Of a stretch of DNA of 64,000 nt, positions 26,581 to 44,124 are shown one piece after another. The stretch is taken from assembly GCF_009914755.1 (NCBI RefSeq), contig NC_060937.1. One strand, written 5' to 3'. Under the pieces are notes generated by a model. It saw only the letters and a list, made by a program, of their open reading frames with translations. It was not told the origin of the DNA and did not search any database. Every line of letters starts with the position of its first letter. Positions within the stretch are counted from its first letter, which is position 1. Both the position numbers and the translations under genes were made by a program. This DNA comes from the human T2T-CHM13v2.0 reference genome, Homo sapiens.

Positions 26581-27700
26581 CTGGTCATAAAGTATCTCAT
26601 CCTCAACTCACCCTCCATGGGTGATGGCTCTTGTCTGTGGGGTTTACGGGAATTGGGTGTGTCCCTGGAAAAGGCTTCCCCAGGTGGTGGTGGTTGTGGG
26701 GATTAAAGGGCATTTTGGATCCCCAGGAAACCAGAATCCAGCACCACACCCAGGGAGGAAAAGCAGAGATGCTAGAAATATATTTAATATTTGATTTTTT
26801 AATCACATTTAAAAATGTTCCAGAAAATAAAATATGACCCTTGATTTTTCTGATGGAACACCACACTCCAAATTTCAAAGTCGAATATTGAATAATTGAA
26901 GAGCACTGATGTATTTGTAAGCACTGAAATCGGTTTATAAGATGCTCTTCCTCAGAAAGGATTATCTCCTTTCGAGATCATATGCCTCAAGTTTTGTTTA
27001 CTGCCATCAGGTAGATGTTTAAGGTTCTCTCCCTAGCCAAGCTGAGAGAGAAAATGACATCACAGTCACATTGTGACTGCCTTATTAGAAAACCTGAGTC
27101 TTAAAAATCAACATGAATTAAACAAACTCCACCAGACAGAAAACATGCAATGCAGCGGTGATACAATGGAGCCTTCTGGCTGGCACCCCTAGCTAACCCT
27201 GCTGCCCTGCCAGCCAGACTGGAAGGCCTGTTGATGTGAATGAACCAATGATACTTCCCCAGCAAAACACCTGTCACGCTCTTTCCTGGGGCTGCTCAAA
27301 GCTGTGACTATCTGAATGTGGTGTGAAATTGGCTCTTAACTTTGAAGTTCTCAATCACCCCAGCTGCTGGCTTCATTGGCCAGAACTAAGTCACAAGGCA
27401 AATTTAGCCACAGTGGAAATGGGGAAATGTCTTTTTTTTCCCCTTGGTGAGCTTGCCCAGATATTGCCCAATTCACCTGCAGCTGCCCCCAGTCCCCAGT
27501 ACTGCTGGACAAAGCTGCCTCCTGTGCCTGTACCCCTTTCAGAGCTTGTGACAGCCTCTGTTCTCGGTGTCCCCACCCAAGCCAGGCCACTGGTTTTCAT
27601 CTTCCTTCTGAGTTCAGATTTAAGGTGGACTTTACTTTTTTATGTTTTCTGAACACTTTAAAAATACTTAAAATGAAATACAGTTGAAAAACAGAGTGCT

Positions 27701-28001
27701 CTTTTTTTTTTTTTTTTTTTTAAGATGGAGTCTCACTCTCACCCAAACTGGAGTGCAGTGGTGTGACCTCGGCTCACTGCCACCTCCGTCTCCCGAGTTC
27801 AAGCGATTCTCCTGCCTCAGGTTCCCTAGTAGCTAGGATTACAGGCACGGGCCACCACGCCCAGCTAGTTTTTGTATTTTTAGTAGAGTTGGGGTTTCGC
27901 CATGTTTGCCAGGCTGGTCTTGAACTCCTGACCTCAAGTGATCCGCCCACCTCGGCCTCCCAAAGTGTTGGGATTACAGGCATGAGCCACTGTGCCTGGC
28001 C
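27701..28001 (-). mobile_element. Alu (AluS-like)
   Basis: Poly-T plus reverse dimer. Confidence 0.95.
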
Positions 28002-28774
28002 TAAAGCATTCTTTCTAGCAGAGTTTCTCAGGTATTGTACAGAAATCCAAATAGTTAAATCCATGTTCTGATTAAGGTCAGTTTATTGAACTATAGCAAA
28101 ACAATACCTGAATGTTTTCTATAATATAAAATAAAGATATAGAAAAAAATTTTGAGAGCTTGATATTAACGTATGGTAGGAATATAAGTTTGCGGCAGTG
28201 AGCACTGAATTGTTATTTATTATGTTCTTAAGTTATGCATTTTTCAGTATGCTCTCATTTATGACTAGTAGCCCACACATACACACACATACAGTGGAAG
28301 GTATTTGTGAGATGATTTACCATTCATGGTTATCCAAAAAAATTATCTTCTGGTCTTAATGATTATAATCTCTTATAGTTACACAGTGCTTAGTACCTCC
28401 AAGCTCTTCCATATGACATGTTTTATTTATTCAAACAGTAAAGGAGGTATTGGTATCCATATTTTATACATAAGAAAACTGAGGGTCAGAAAGAGTAAGT
28501 GATTTCCTAACAGCGTACAGCTGGTGTGGGACAAAAGTCTTAAATTCTTCCCACATACAGTATCTAAGTATCTATAGCATTCGCACCCTGACCACCAAGT
28601 GGTTTTTTTTTTTTCCAATTTTTAATTTGGTAAATTAAAATATCAGATAAACAAAATAAAATAGTTGTTACTCCTAACTCCATATGACTTCTACATAAAA
28701 CCATGATAGATGCTAGTATAAATCTGTCCAAACATGGATTATAACACAGTGTGATTTAATTGGTCCTAGACTAT

Positions 28775-29265
28775 ATCCATTAGGATTGGGTTCAGGCATG
28801 AATAACAAAATCCCGAAACAATGGTAGCTTAAGGCAGCTGTTCATTTCTCTCTTACATAAGAGTCAGAAGGTGAGCGCTGAGGAGCAGCTGTGGTTCTGC
28901 TCCCCGTCCTCGGGGACCCAGGCTCCTTACAGCCACTGTCCTATGACCGCAAGGTGGAGGACCATGATGCCCCCCGACCACGGTGCAGTGTGACACTTGG
29001 TGTGACAGTCATCACATCTATATTCCAGGTGGCAGGCTGGAAGAAGGAATGAACAAAGAAGCAGAGAAAGTGGGTCTGCTCTCTCTGGGGGGAAGTGTCC
29101 AGGAACTGCACTTGACTATACATCTCTTTGGCCAGAACTAAGTCACAAGTCAAATTTAGCCACAATGGAGCTGGAGAAATGTGCTTTTTTTCTCGTTGGT
29201 GACCTTGCCCAGATATTATTTTATTACTATGGAAGAAGGGGAGAATGTGACTAGCACCCTATGTC
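28775..29265 (-). mobile_element. Old MaLR LTR (MLT1J/K-like)
   Basis: taggattgggttcaggcatgaataacaaaatccc...acatctctttggccagaactaagtcaca. Confidence 0.6.
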
Positions 29266-29529
29266 ATAGGTCCTCAATTGCCTCAACACTTAGATGGGGA
29301 TAGTAGTCCTGTCGTATGTAAGTATGAGGTAGGTGAGGGCAAAGGATCTAGCAGAATGTTTGGAAGAATAGTGAGTGCTCAGTGTGTGTTAATTCCCTTA
29401 AATTTCAGATTAGATTCTGCTGTTTCCTCTCTCGCCCAGCTTTAAAGAAGCTGACTCAAAATTAAGAAACCAAGAAACCAGCAGAAAAAATAACGAACCT
29501 TGGGATCACAAAAAGAATGTACGTTTTCT

Positions 29530-30360
29530 GATTCATAAAAATATCTGTTCTAAGCACACCAACTAAAAGACAGAGTTTGTCAGATTGGATAAAAAAAGAA
29601 AAGCAAGACTTGGCTACATGCTGCCTAAAATAAACCTGCTTCAAATATAAAGACACAAATAAGTTAACAGTGAAAGGATGAAAAAAATATATACTATACT
29701 AACATCAATCAAAAGAAAATTGGAATGTCTATATTCATATCACACAAAGTAGACTTCAGAGCCAGGAATATTGCTAGGAATGAAGTTGGCCATTACATAA
29801 TGAAAAAGAGGTTCATTTACCAAAAAGACATAACAATACCAAATACCTACATACCGAACAATAGAGCTTCAAAACACATGAAGCAAAAATTGATAGAACT
29901 GAAAGGAGAAAGAGACAAATCTACAGTTATGATTGGAGACTCCAGTACTCCACTCTGAGTAACAATAGAAAAAGCAGGCAGAAAATCAGTCAGCTGTAGA
30001 AGACCTGAACAACGCTATCTTCCAACTTGACCTTACTGACGTTACAGAATGCTCTATCCAACAGCAACAGAATACACATCTTTTTCAAATACATGTGAAA
30101 CATTTGGCAACACAGACCATATTCTGAGCCATAAAACAAACTTCAACAAATATAAAAGAATTCAAAGTATACAAAATGTTTTGAACTATAATATAGTCTA
30201 TAAATCAATAACATAAAAATATCTGAAAAAAAAACCTCCAAACATTTGGAAATTAAACAACATCCAAATAGCACATAGGTCAAAGAGGAAACCACAAGAT
30301 AAATTAGGAAATATGTCAGATTAAATAAAAACACAACATATCAAAATCTGTGGAATGCAA
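29530..30360 (+). mobile_element. L1 ORF2 endonuclease-region fragment (degraded L1M)
   Basis: ORF 29725-29958 (KVDFRARNIARNEVGHYIMKK...NNRASKHMKQKLIELKGE) resembles L1 ORF2p EN; stops and frameshifts present. Confidence 0.9.
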
Positions 30361-30508
30361 AATTCTCTCTGATTAGCAGAGTTGGATCTTCTCATTCAAT
30401 TTGCCCAACAATATTTAGAGGGCACCAGAAATATATACCAAGCTCTTTCCTAGGTAAGGTGATGGTGAGGTGAGGAGTATTATTTGAAAGAAGGTTTAGA
30501 TTTAGTAG

Positions 30509-30827
<319 letters not shown>

Positions 30828-31357
30828 TACTGTCAGAAATTTGAGAGTGACAATATAGCTTCAAATAAAATTACTGATTTCCTTGCACAATGGACCACTC
30901 AGCATGACTAGGTCTGGGAATTACCTGCCCCTCTTATAGGAAAATAATATCAGTTCTAAGCTGGGAAAATTTCAAACCAGTGATGTCAACTGCCGTGATT
31001 AGATTTTATGCCAGTAAATATAATTTTCTAAAGTCATTTTAGTTTCTATCCCAAACAGGTGCTTACCCATGCATAGTAATATCAATACTGCAAACTCCCT
31101 TAAATGTACCAGAGACTGGGTTTGGTTGCCATGGAAAATACATTATCAGCTACAATTTCACAAAACTGCTACACTTTGAGAAAATAATTCATTCCAGTTG
31201 GCAGCAACATATTTTTTGATATTTATAAAATTCTTTTACATCTATATGCATAACGCTTTCTGGTTATTTTATGTGGAGGTGTTTGTTTTGTAACCCTTTA
31301 AAATGTTTACTCTTTTATGAATAAAGATAAAGATAACTTTTTTCTGATATATGCTAT

Positions 31358-31677
<320 letters not shown>

Positions 31678-34399
31678 AATGTTAATATTTTTAAATCTGT
31701 GAGTTTAATCTTTAACTAACCTGAACTGACTGGCTAGAATAGCTCCAATACCAAGGGCAACCCCTAAGTCACCCTGGGGACAAGCAGCTTCTGGAAACAG
31801 AGTCAGCTGCCTCCACTGGTTTGGGACTCCATAAATCTAATATTTAAATAGTGGTGTATAGTTTACAAAGCTCTTTCACACATTATTGCATTTGATCCTG
31901 ACAACAACAGTAGTAGATAGGCAAGGGAGATAATACCACCATCAGTTTCACAGTAAATACATCATGGCTATACAGAATAGAAGCAAACCCCAAATCACAT
32001 ACCTATTAAGAAGAACAGAGCTGCATCCTTATCTCTTCCCACCATAACCATATCAGGCCATCTTTGCTTTGTAAGATATAAATTGGTGTCTGAGAGAAGA
32101 TAATAAATAGCAAGAAAAAGACATAACGTGTTACAGATATAACCTGGAAATGGCTGAAGAGCATTTGCAAAATATATGTTGTAAATTACAGACAATCACA
32201 TGCAAATTATGCAAACATAATCGACTCAGTTGAGTTTCTCGTGAACCTCTTATTTTTCAGGATATGTTAAGCCTCTGGCCCAGGGATTAGCACAATGAAT
32301 GTGGGGAATTCAACTGCTTCATTTTATAAACTTGATTGAACACAGATGTACCCTTTGCTATGCCAGGAGGAAAAGAAAGATGTGACCAGGGCTCTGAGCT
32401 CCTGAAATGCCTGTGTATTGGAGAGACAGACACATAGCAGGTCATTCATATCCAGTGTAGGGAGCAAGGTACTGGTGGTCTGGGAGTTCGGAGGAGGGTT
32501 TGTAACCCAGTCAGGGGTTCAGAAAAGGAGGTAGGGGAAAAACAGCTTAAAGGAAATGTAGGAGTCAGTGAACAAATGATTCTTCCATACACTTGATCAG
32601 TTTCAGAGACAGCATTAATGACAACATTGACTTAATCTCTCTACTGGGAAACAGGAAAAACAGTGAAGACAGTTCTGTTTCCATATGGCTATCTCTAAGC
32701 AGGAGGAGTAGAGCAAATGAGTTCATGTTTATGAAACTTACTATTGCTTGCATAAAAAGCAGGGCCGGTGTCTGGGATATGAGGCTCAAATGATTCTTGG
32801 CAGATTTTTTTAACATGTGATTTTTTTGTGTCATGTCTAAGCCATTAAGAATTAGCCTGATTCACTCAAAGAACCACTGATACCACCAGGGCCATGGTTA
32901 GGTATTACATGTACTATCAGTCTATTTGCTTAATTTGGCAGATGATTTGAACAAATATATAAACTGCAGTGTATGTTTATATAGTAGTCAAGTCTCTTTT
33001 TGATAAGAATTGCACTTTTTCTTTTTCGGTCAAAGGACGTCAATCTGTTGAACAAGATGATAACTTGACCAATTCTGCATTGCAACTAATCATGTAAAGA
33101 CCTAAGTAGGTGACTACTACTGAAGCCTAAGTTTCAGTATGAATCTGATGAAGAGCCAGGGCTCTTCAATACAGCTGTTTTCTTTTTACAAAGGTCCTGA
33201 TGAAGAACATGGTCAGAGTTTAGCCAGTCAGAAAGATGATTCCAGGTGAGGTGTCATCTGGAGAGACCAGGCTGGCAGCTAAGTGCAGGCGCTTACCTTA
33301 GTGGATTCCCTGTGGTCCAGCTTTTTAAATTTTCCTTGTTAGTACACCAGGAATGGTTCTGACTTTCAGGGAAATACTTTTAACTAAGTTTACTGGAGCA
33401 CGATGTAGAAAATCAAATTGCCAATTTATTAATTTACAATAAGAAATATGTCTCTTTGTAGGCAGATCTACCTGGGAGCAAGGTGATAGTGGTCTAGGAG
33501 TTTAGAGGAGGGTTGTTACCCAGTCAGGGGTCCAGAAAAGGCCGTAGCAAGGAAACGCAGGAATCAGTGAACAAATGATTCTTCCCTACACTTGATCAAT
33601 TTTAGAAAGCCAAAATTGTAATCAGTGGCTGCTCAGTGGACCAAAGTCAGTCGTGTGCTGTATAAATACTAATGGCATCTTGCCGAGATACCCCTGAGGA
33701 GCTATCTGCATAACTATTTCTTTTCTAGTTCCTCAGTCTTTAGACATCCCCATGGGAGGAGAGGGAATCCTATTAGAATCACCTGGAAGCTTGTACCAAC
33801 TCTTCATGCCCTGTCTTCTGCTTCTAGCCATAATAGCATAACTGTTACTGGATGTGATAACCACCAGTACACAGCTATAAAGCAGACCAAACATGAGGCA
33901 ACTGTTTCTAAGCACTGCACATTTGACACCATAGCCTGTAATCCTTGGGAAAAGGGAAGCACATGAAATGAGTCAGCTTACTGCCTGGGGCTACTCACCA
34001 AACCTGGGCGTGGGAGGTGTCCAGGTAGTGGCTGCCATCTTGCTGGGCCGAAGAGGTAAACACCAGAGTACAGGGCAATTGAAGTGACTGGGAATTCCTC
34101 TAGCTACTAGTGGGGTGAGCACTGGACAGGAGTAAGCTGAGCAAAGGAGAGCCCCAGGGATTACATGGGGGGTTTCCCGTGTGATCTTAGCTGAAGGGTA
34201 GGCTGCACATATTCAGAGGGCCTGCAGGGGGCAGCTGAAGCAGGTCTGAGCACTGAGTGGAGGTTCCTCTGGTTGTGCAGTGCTGGGAAATACGGGAATT
34301 CCAGCCCAGTCAGGGTGGGAAGAGTCTCACCAAGTACTGTGAGCAATCAGTTGAGACCTGAGAAAGGCCAGTCTGTAGAATGACCATTATCTAGAACAA

Positions 34400-37080
<2,681 letters not shown>

Positions 37081-37719
37081 ATGGCACCTGCTGCCTTCAC
37101 CCCAGCCCTTGGGCTGTCTCATGCTTGCCACATGTCCCACCTGGCCCACCTCACTCCTTTGTGTTTCTGACCTGTCTTCTAAATCTCAGCACTTAAAGAC
37201 TGACTCAGAATGGCCTAAGTCTACAGTCATGAAATGGAAAAATAGAAAGTAAATCTATTGCCAACATATAAAGTATTTTAAAAGTGCTGTTCTTAAGATA
37301 ATTTTGAATGTCTGTTCCGCATAAAAGTATTCTAGGGGTTTTATTCAGGGATTCGTAAGCTATAATTCATGAACCCAGAGAATTTATAATCAGGTGAGAA
37401 AACATGCATGCCAGCAAAAGATTGTAACAGAAAATGAGGTAAGTGCTTTTTCCTTAAAATATTTGTCCTAGATGCTGTCTTAGGCCTTCACTTTCCATGA
37501 TCTCTCTGATGATCTCATCTACCCCTACAGCTTTAACTACCACCTATAAACCACTCTCTCCCAATCTCTAGCCCTAATCTCTCTCTTATGAGCTCACCTC
37601 TTGGTGAACCACAGGCAGGACAACTCTCCATAGTCAAAAGTCTTATTTCCACCCACTGCACACTCCCCACCTCAAAAGAAAACAGAATAAAACATATCTC
37701 TGCTTCTCCTCCTATATGC

Positions 37720-38150
37720 CTATGTTAGTTCAAGTGCAGACTAAGCTTCTGTAACAGAAACCCCCAAACATAATGAAATAAATGATATAGAGGGATATTT
37801 TACTCCCATGTAATAGTCCAAAGTTGAGAGGCCTATGGGTGGCCGTGCTTCTCTGCTCCACAACGGCATCAGGGACTCATCGCCACTGTCCCTAGGTTGC
37901 TGTCCTCATGGATGGCTGAGAGTGATGCCCACAAAGGGCATATTTCAGCCTAAGGGAAAGAGAAAGAGAAAGCAAAGGGCCAGAAGTTTCCCTGTATGAT
38001 CTAGAAGTTGCACACGTCACTTCTTCGCATCGCTTGGACCCAAGCGGAGTCACTTGCCTGCACGAAGCTTCCAAGGAGATTGGAAAATGGAGCCTCTAGT
38101 GGGGAAGCCATTTTGGTTAAAACTTGCAGACAATTATTCACAAAATAAAG
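37720..38150 (-). mobile_element. Old MaLR LTR (MLT1K/J-like)
   Basis: taagcttctgtaacagaaaccccc...gaagttgcacacgtcacttc...tggaaaatggagcctctag. Confidence 0.55.
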
Positions 38151-39927
38151 AAAGGGAGATGAGGACGGCGGGGGTATTTAAAAGTTGAACCACAACTTTG
38201 TGGCTCAGTTATTGACATGCCACAATTTACAGAATAAGCTGATACTTGATCAGGGAGTCATCATCAGCTCTCTCCCTCCTCTCCTTCATACTTTACATCC
38301 AACAGGTCATCAGTTTGTTGATTATAATTCGGAAGTGTGTTCTAATTCTGCTTCTTCCTCGTTATTATTATAGTGACTTAGTCTTTCTTACTGCAAAAGC
38401 CTCCTCACTAGTCCTTACCCCTACCCTTGCCCCTAAGTCTACCCTCCTGACTGCCACCACTGGGGATACATTTGAAAAACAAATCTGACTTCCCCTCCCT
38501 GATTAAAATCTGTCAGTAACTAGAAACATGTTTTCCTCCAGCAGGAACACCAGTTGTCTAGCTGGAGGGTCTGGAGTGAGAGGGAAATTTACTTTTTATT
38601 GCATTCACTTTCATAATGCTTGAATTTTTTTTAGCATGCAAAAAATAAAAATCAAACCACTATGATAAAGAGATCCTTCTGTGACTTTCTATCATTCATA
38701 GGTTAGCTAGAATTCAGGCTTTTTAGCACAGCATCCTCAGACTGCTGTCTGCCCACCCACACACAACTCCTGCTACTCCCATAAGATAGCCACATGCCCC
38801 TTGGAAGTTCTGCCAACTTCTCCTGCCTCTTCCTAAACTGTTCTGTCCCTCTCTTCACTCCACCAACCTCCCCAGGCTTCCTGGAAGACTCAAGTCCACC
38901 ATCCCCTCTGTCACACCCTCCCTGGGCCATTCCGCAGATGCTTGCAGACCACAGGTATATCATTCATAATCAAAGCTGCCATTTACTGAATGCCAATGAA
39001 ATATCAAGGAGCATAAATGCATAGTTTCTGATGTTCACAATAACCCTGCAAGTTAGGTCATGTTATCTCTGTTTTACAGATGAGAATATTGAGGCTCAGA
39101 GAAACAGTCAATTGACTTGCCCGAGGCTAGAAGTTGTACAGAAGGGGGTTGACTTGAGGGTTATCAGGCTCCAAAACCATGCCTGTTTTTCCTACAAGTG
39201 CTGTGCCTCTCATGCATCCTCAGAGTTTTTGTTTTGTTTTAAACTCTGTTTCTCCACTCCAATCATAATGGCTGCCAATATTAGGACTGGATTTGTTGGT
39301 TCTCCCCCAACCCCCAATCCCGCCCATTACTCCCAGAGACACTGTCCTAAAGCGCAGGCATCAGCAACTTGTTCTTGTTTTTCAGCTCTCTCCTCCTGAC
39401 AGGCTGGGCATTCAATGTTTAGGTCCAAGTTTACTTTCCTTCACTTTTTTCTTCCCATCAGAGCTTCACTGCAAAAGCCTCCATTTCTGCTGTGCCATCC
39501 ATGTTCTCTCCCTTTTCTATCCTCAAGTCCTGTTTTTCCTTCTTAAATCATTCCCAGCAACAATGAGTTTATGAAGGGCTTCATCTGTCGTGTTGAGAAA
39601 TGTATCCTCTTTTCTCAGATGATGTGAACGCACGAAGGACTTGACCAGATGGGGCCAGATGCAGACACACAAGGCCCAGGAAAGGCTCAAAGTGTGGTCC
39701 TTCTTTACAGTTACTCAACTTTTTTTAGTGAGATCAGGGGATAGACTGATTTTTTTCTTACTAAAAAATATTCACAGACACATTCATAGACTTAATATAG
39801 TTCCACTCCTTGAAGGAAAGTCAACAATCTAAAAAAAAAAAAAAAATTGGCAAAAGCATTTTGTATTTTTCTGTGGGATTTTTCTCTTTTCTTTAGTGAG
39901 TTTCTAAACCAGGTAGTTTCTTAGGGG

Positions 39928-40338
39928 TGTCTTAGTCCATTTTGTGCTGTTATAATAGTGTCTGAGACTGGAATTGATAAAGAACAGAGATTAATTTCTT
40001 ACAGTTCTGGAGGCTGGGAAGTCCAAGGTTGAGGGCCTGCTTCTGGTAAGGGCCAACTTGCTGTATCATACCATGGCAGAAGGCAGAAGGAAAAGTGCAA
40101 GAGAGAGAGTGAGGGCAGGACAGAGAGAGAGAGAAGGGAAGGGGGGGTGAACTCATTCTTTTATCAGAAACTCACTCCCATGATAACCCTCTCCCATGAT
40201 AATGACATTAATCTATATATGGAGGGCAGAGCCCTCATGAGTCAATAGCCCCTTAAAGGTCCCACCTCTCAACACTGTTGCATTGGGGATTAAGCTCCTA
40301 ATACATGCTTTTTGGGGTGATACATTCAAGCCATAGTA
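39928..40338 (-). mobile_element. MST-family MaLR solo LTR
   Basis: tgtcttagtccattttgtgctgttataa...gttctggaggctgggaagtccaag...acattcaagccatagta. Confidence 0.85.
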
Positions 40339-40974
40339 GGGGGTCATTTAAAGGGTTTTATTTTAGATAACAAATCACTCCATCCCAGGAAGCAACCCTA
40401 CAGTATACAAAGATACATACAAATACCTCACACATATACAGACAAAGTGCATATCAAAGTACATTCAACAGAAAGCAGTTGGAATGACAAGGAATCTTCT
40501 TCCGTTCCACTCTGTTCTCACTGGTGGAAACAGGACAATTTGCTTGTGGCCACATTTGCATGGAGTTGTGTGTAGACCCCAGAGTTCTCCAGAATATCAG
40601 GCAGAGTACTATCAGCAGGCAGAAACCACACCAGATATTCTACCAGTGAGAATTTAATATAAAGAATTGTTAATTAGGCATTTGAAAATCAAGAGAACTC
40701 TAAGTTATCATGAATGTAGCTGTAAGAAGCAGCTGGGATACTCAGGAAGAGGTTGGAATTATTTAATATTAAAACTTAGAAGCTTGGCTAAGGCGCTCTA
40801 TGGACTGAATCTCAGACTGACAAGGGGCTATTGGTCTGCTGATGCTCATGTCTCTGAGCCTGGGGGAGGGATTCCAGGGGCTCAGATCCAGACCCAAAAA
40901 GAAGGAGCCAGGTGTCTGCTGAGGGAGCTGGGAGAAGGGATTTCCATGCAAGGAAAATCACAAGTACAAAGGCC

Positions 40975-41150
40975 CTGAGGCTCTTAAGCATCAGAACCAC
41001 TTGGAGGGCTTGTGAAAATGCAGATTCCTGGGTCCCACCTCCAGTGTTTCAGATTCAGGGGAAGAGGGTGGAGCCCAAGAATTTGCATTTCAACATGCTT
41101 TCAGGTGCTGCTAATGTTGTTGGTCTGGGGATCCTCTTTTGAGAACCACA
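40975..41150. mobile_element. MER5A-like hAT element
   Basis: catcagaaccacttggagggcttgtgaaaatgcagattcctggg...tttgagaaccac. Confidence 0.75.
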
Positions 41151-41802
41151 GGCTTAAAAGTGTTCAAGAAATGGCAAAGTGTGGCTGGAGCAGAGTGAAC
41201 AGAGGAGAGGACCGAGAAATGAAGTCAGGAGGCTACAGAGTCCAGATGGTGCAGGACTTGGCGTTGACCTGAGGGAGGTGAGGGCTTTAAGCAAAGGAGC
41301 AACATGCTCCATCTATAGTCTTCAGAGTCGCTTTGGCTGCTGTGCTGAGATTAAATGGTACAGGAGACAAGGACTGGAACAGTGGAGAGAAAACAGTTGG
41401 GGCCATTGCAGTTATATGGGTGAGAGATAGTGGTGGCTGCAGCCAGGGTGGTGGTGGTGAGGAGGGGAGATGTGGCCAAATTCCAGATGTAGTGAAAAGG
41501 CAGAGCTGACATGGCCTGATTGCAGTAATTTGAAAGTCAGTGGGAGATAGGGAATTTGAGGCAGGGACAGGAGACCTGCGTTTGTTTTGTAAGGAAGACT
41601 ATAAAGAGGGAGAGAAATGGAGGGTAACCACATAGCTAGAGGACATCATAGGAAGGAAGGCTGTGCTTTTGTGTGGTCTTGTTCTGCTTGAGAAAGATGA
41701 GAGAGACACCACCATTTGTAGAGGCTGTGTGTATGGAGACCGAGTGAAACCCCTAGTGCCAGAGGGAATCGCAGGGAATGAGGTGCAGGAGAAATTGAGA
41801 AG

Positions 41803-42309
41803 GTGCACCAGGCTGAACGACATCCCCGATGATGTCCTCGTTCTAGTCCCCAGAGCCTGTGTTAACCTCCTGTGGTTAATGGACTTTGCAGGTATGATTA
41901 ACTCAAGGATCTTGAGATGGGGAGAGTATCCTTTGGGGCCCACTGGAATCATAATGCTTCTTGTAAGAGGGAAGTTATAGGCTCAGAGATGGAGAAGAAG
42001 GTGTGAGGATGGAAGCAGAGGTCACAGAGAGATTTGCTAATTTGCAGATTCTGCACTGTTGGTGCATCTGATGGAGGAAGGGGCCATGAGCCAAGGAATA
42101 CAGGTGGCCTCGAGGGGCTGGAAAAGGGGAGGATATGTATTCTCCTGGGAGCCACCAAAGGGAGCACACCCCTGCTGACACCTTGATTTGAGCCTAGTGA
42201 GACCAGTTCAGGCTTCTGACCTCCAGGACTGTGGGGTCATAAAGAGGAGTTGTTTTAAGCCCCTAAGTTTGTGGGAATTTGTTAGAGCGGCCACAGGAGA
42301 CTCCTAGAG
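41803..42309 (+). mobile_element. MLT1C/D MaLR solo LTR
   Basis: gactttgcaggtatgattaa...ggatcttgagatgggga...ttctgacctccaggactgt...tgttttaagcc. Confidence 0.8.
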
Positions 42310-42663
42310 AGGTCACAGGTCCAAGAGTGTGAGAAATGGTCATCAAGGAATATCACCTTGAATAAGACACTTCTAGAAGGAAGATTTTTTTTAGTTTCAG
42401 AATGAGGAACAGGAGAGCTTTGTGCCTGTTGACTTCAGTTTTCCCAGTGAAGTAGGCTCCAAGGGCACACGCCCTATTGGGGCATTTTGTAGCTGAGGAA
42501 GTTGAGGCCCAGAGCTAGGTGACTTGCCCTAGGTCACACAGCCACCGAAGACCAGAGGTAGATTCAATCCCAGGTGCTCTGCCTCCTGAGCCCACACTGT
42601 TGACCACTTCACCACAGAGCCTCTTCTGGGCAAAGAAAAGGGAGCCTTCAAAATGATAGATGG

Positions 42664-42958
42664 GGTGGCTCATGCCTGTAATCCCAGCACTTCGGGGGGC
42701 CGAGGCGGGCATATCACTTGAGGTCAGGAGTTCCAGACCAGCCTGGCCAACATGGCGAAACCCCATCTCTACTAAAAATATGAAAATTAGCCAGGTGTGG
42801 TGGCACGTACCTGTAATCCCAGCTACTCAGCAAGCTAAGGCAATCGCTTGAACCTGGGAGGCAGAGGTTGCAGTAAGCCAAGATCGCACCACTGCACTCC
42901 AGCATGGGTGACAGATGAGACTGTGTCTCAAAAGAAAAGAAAAGAAAAGAAAAGAAAC
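42664..42958 (+). mobile_element. Alu (AluS-like) with (AAAAG)n tail
   Basis: Alu consensus; flanks aaaatgatagatg / aaacgatagatg. Confidence 0.93.
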
Positions 42959-43529
42959 GATAGATGTTGGCTGGTGGAGATGGCGTGGTAGAGCCATTCC
43001 TGCAGACTCTGGAGGTCCTGGCTGCTGGCTGTGGACAGGATCTGAAGGTTGTGGTGTTGAGCAAGCCATTCTTGCAGATGTGGAAGGTGCCTGCAAGGAG
43101 GCTGGGAACAGGTGTGGAGAGGACGGCTGTGAGCAGGTGCCTGAGAGCAGAAAGGGATCACTCTGTGACTCTAAGAGATGTGGAGGATGAGAAGCTGAAG
43201 GCGGAAGCCTGGAAGCAAATTCAGTAACCTGAGACTCCACTAGCCAGGAGGGCACAGCCTCGGACCCAAGTGTGAACAAACAGTTCTAAGGCCAGGAGTT
43301 GGGGCTTAAGCCAGGGAGAGAGAACAGGAAGATCTAGAATTCAGACATGTAGGAGAGTCAGTGTGGCAGCCCTGGGCAGGTCCCTGTAATCAGTGATAGG
43401 GCACTGTCTGCCCTCTGCTCTGTTTTTAAGCAGCCTTCCTGGCACAAGTGATAAAGGCTGTTGGTATTTCACACACCAGAGCTGGCAGGGCTCTGTGGTC
43501 CTGAGTCCTGAGTATGGAGACCTAGGGCC

Positions 43530-43880
43530 TTGTGATTCCAAGGGTGGTCCCTAGGGCAGCAGCGTTACTATACCTGGGGGCTTGTTTGAAGTGCAGACTC
43601 TCAGATTCCACCCCAGCTAATTCACAACCTGAATTAGCGTCTGCATTTTAACAGGATCCTCCGATAATTGGTATTGCAGCTTAAGAAGCACTGTCTGCTT
43701 ACAGCAGTGATTCTCAAAGTGTGGCCTCTGGACCAGCAGCATCAGCATCACCTGGGAATGTGTTAGAAATGCAGATTCTCAGCCCCTGCTGAATCAGAAA
43801 CTCTGGGTATAAGGCTTAGAAATCTGTTTTAAGCAGCCATGCTAATTCTAACGCATGCTCGAGTTTGAGAAGCACTGGCT
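43530..43880. mobile_element. Two adjacent MER5-type hAT elements
   Basis: cagtgattctcaaagtgtgg...cagcatcacctgggaatgtgttagaaatgcagattctc...tttgagaagcactg. Confidence 0.75.
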
Positions 43881-44124
43881 TGGGACAGGATGATGCGGCA
43901 GTTAAAGGCATAGATTTGAGATTCCACAGATTCAGGTGGACTTGGTTCTGCGCCCAGATTCCTCTTTTTTCATTTGGGAAAATTAAGCAGGAATCACACC
44001 TACTTCACAGAACTTTTGTGACGTTCAATAACCCTCTCTACACAGAGGACACAGTAGAGCAGCCGGCACAGAATGAGGGCTCAGTACCCATTAGCTGTGA
44101 AGCCATCAACAGTGAATGCCTCAG

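Noticed and set aside
29725-29958. Endonuclease-like ORF
   Set aside because: Degraded L1 ORF2 fragment, not an active or host gene.
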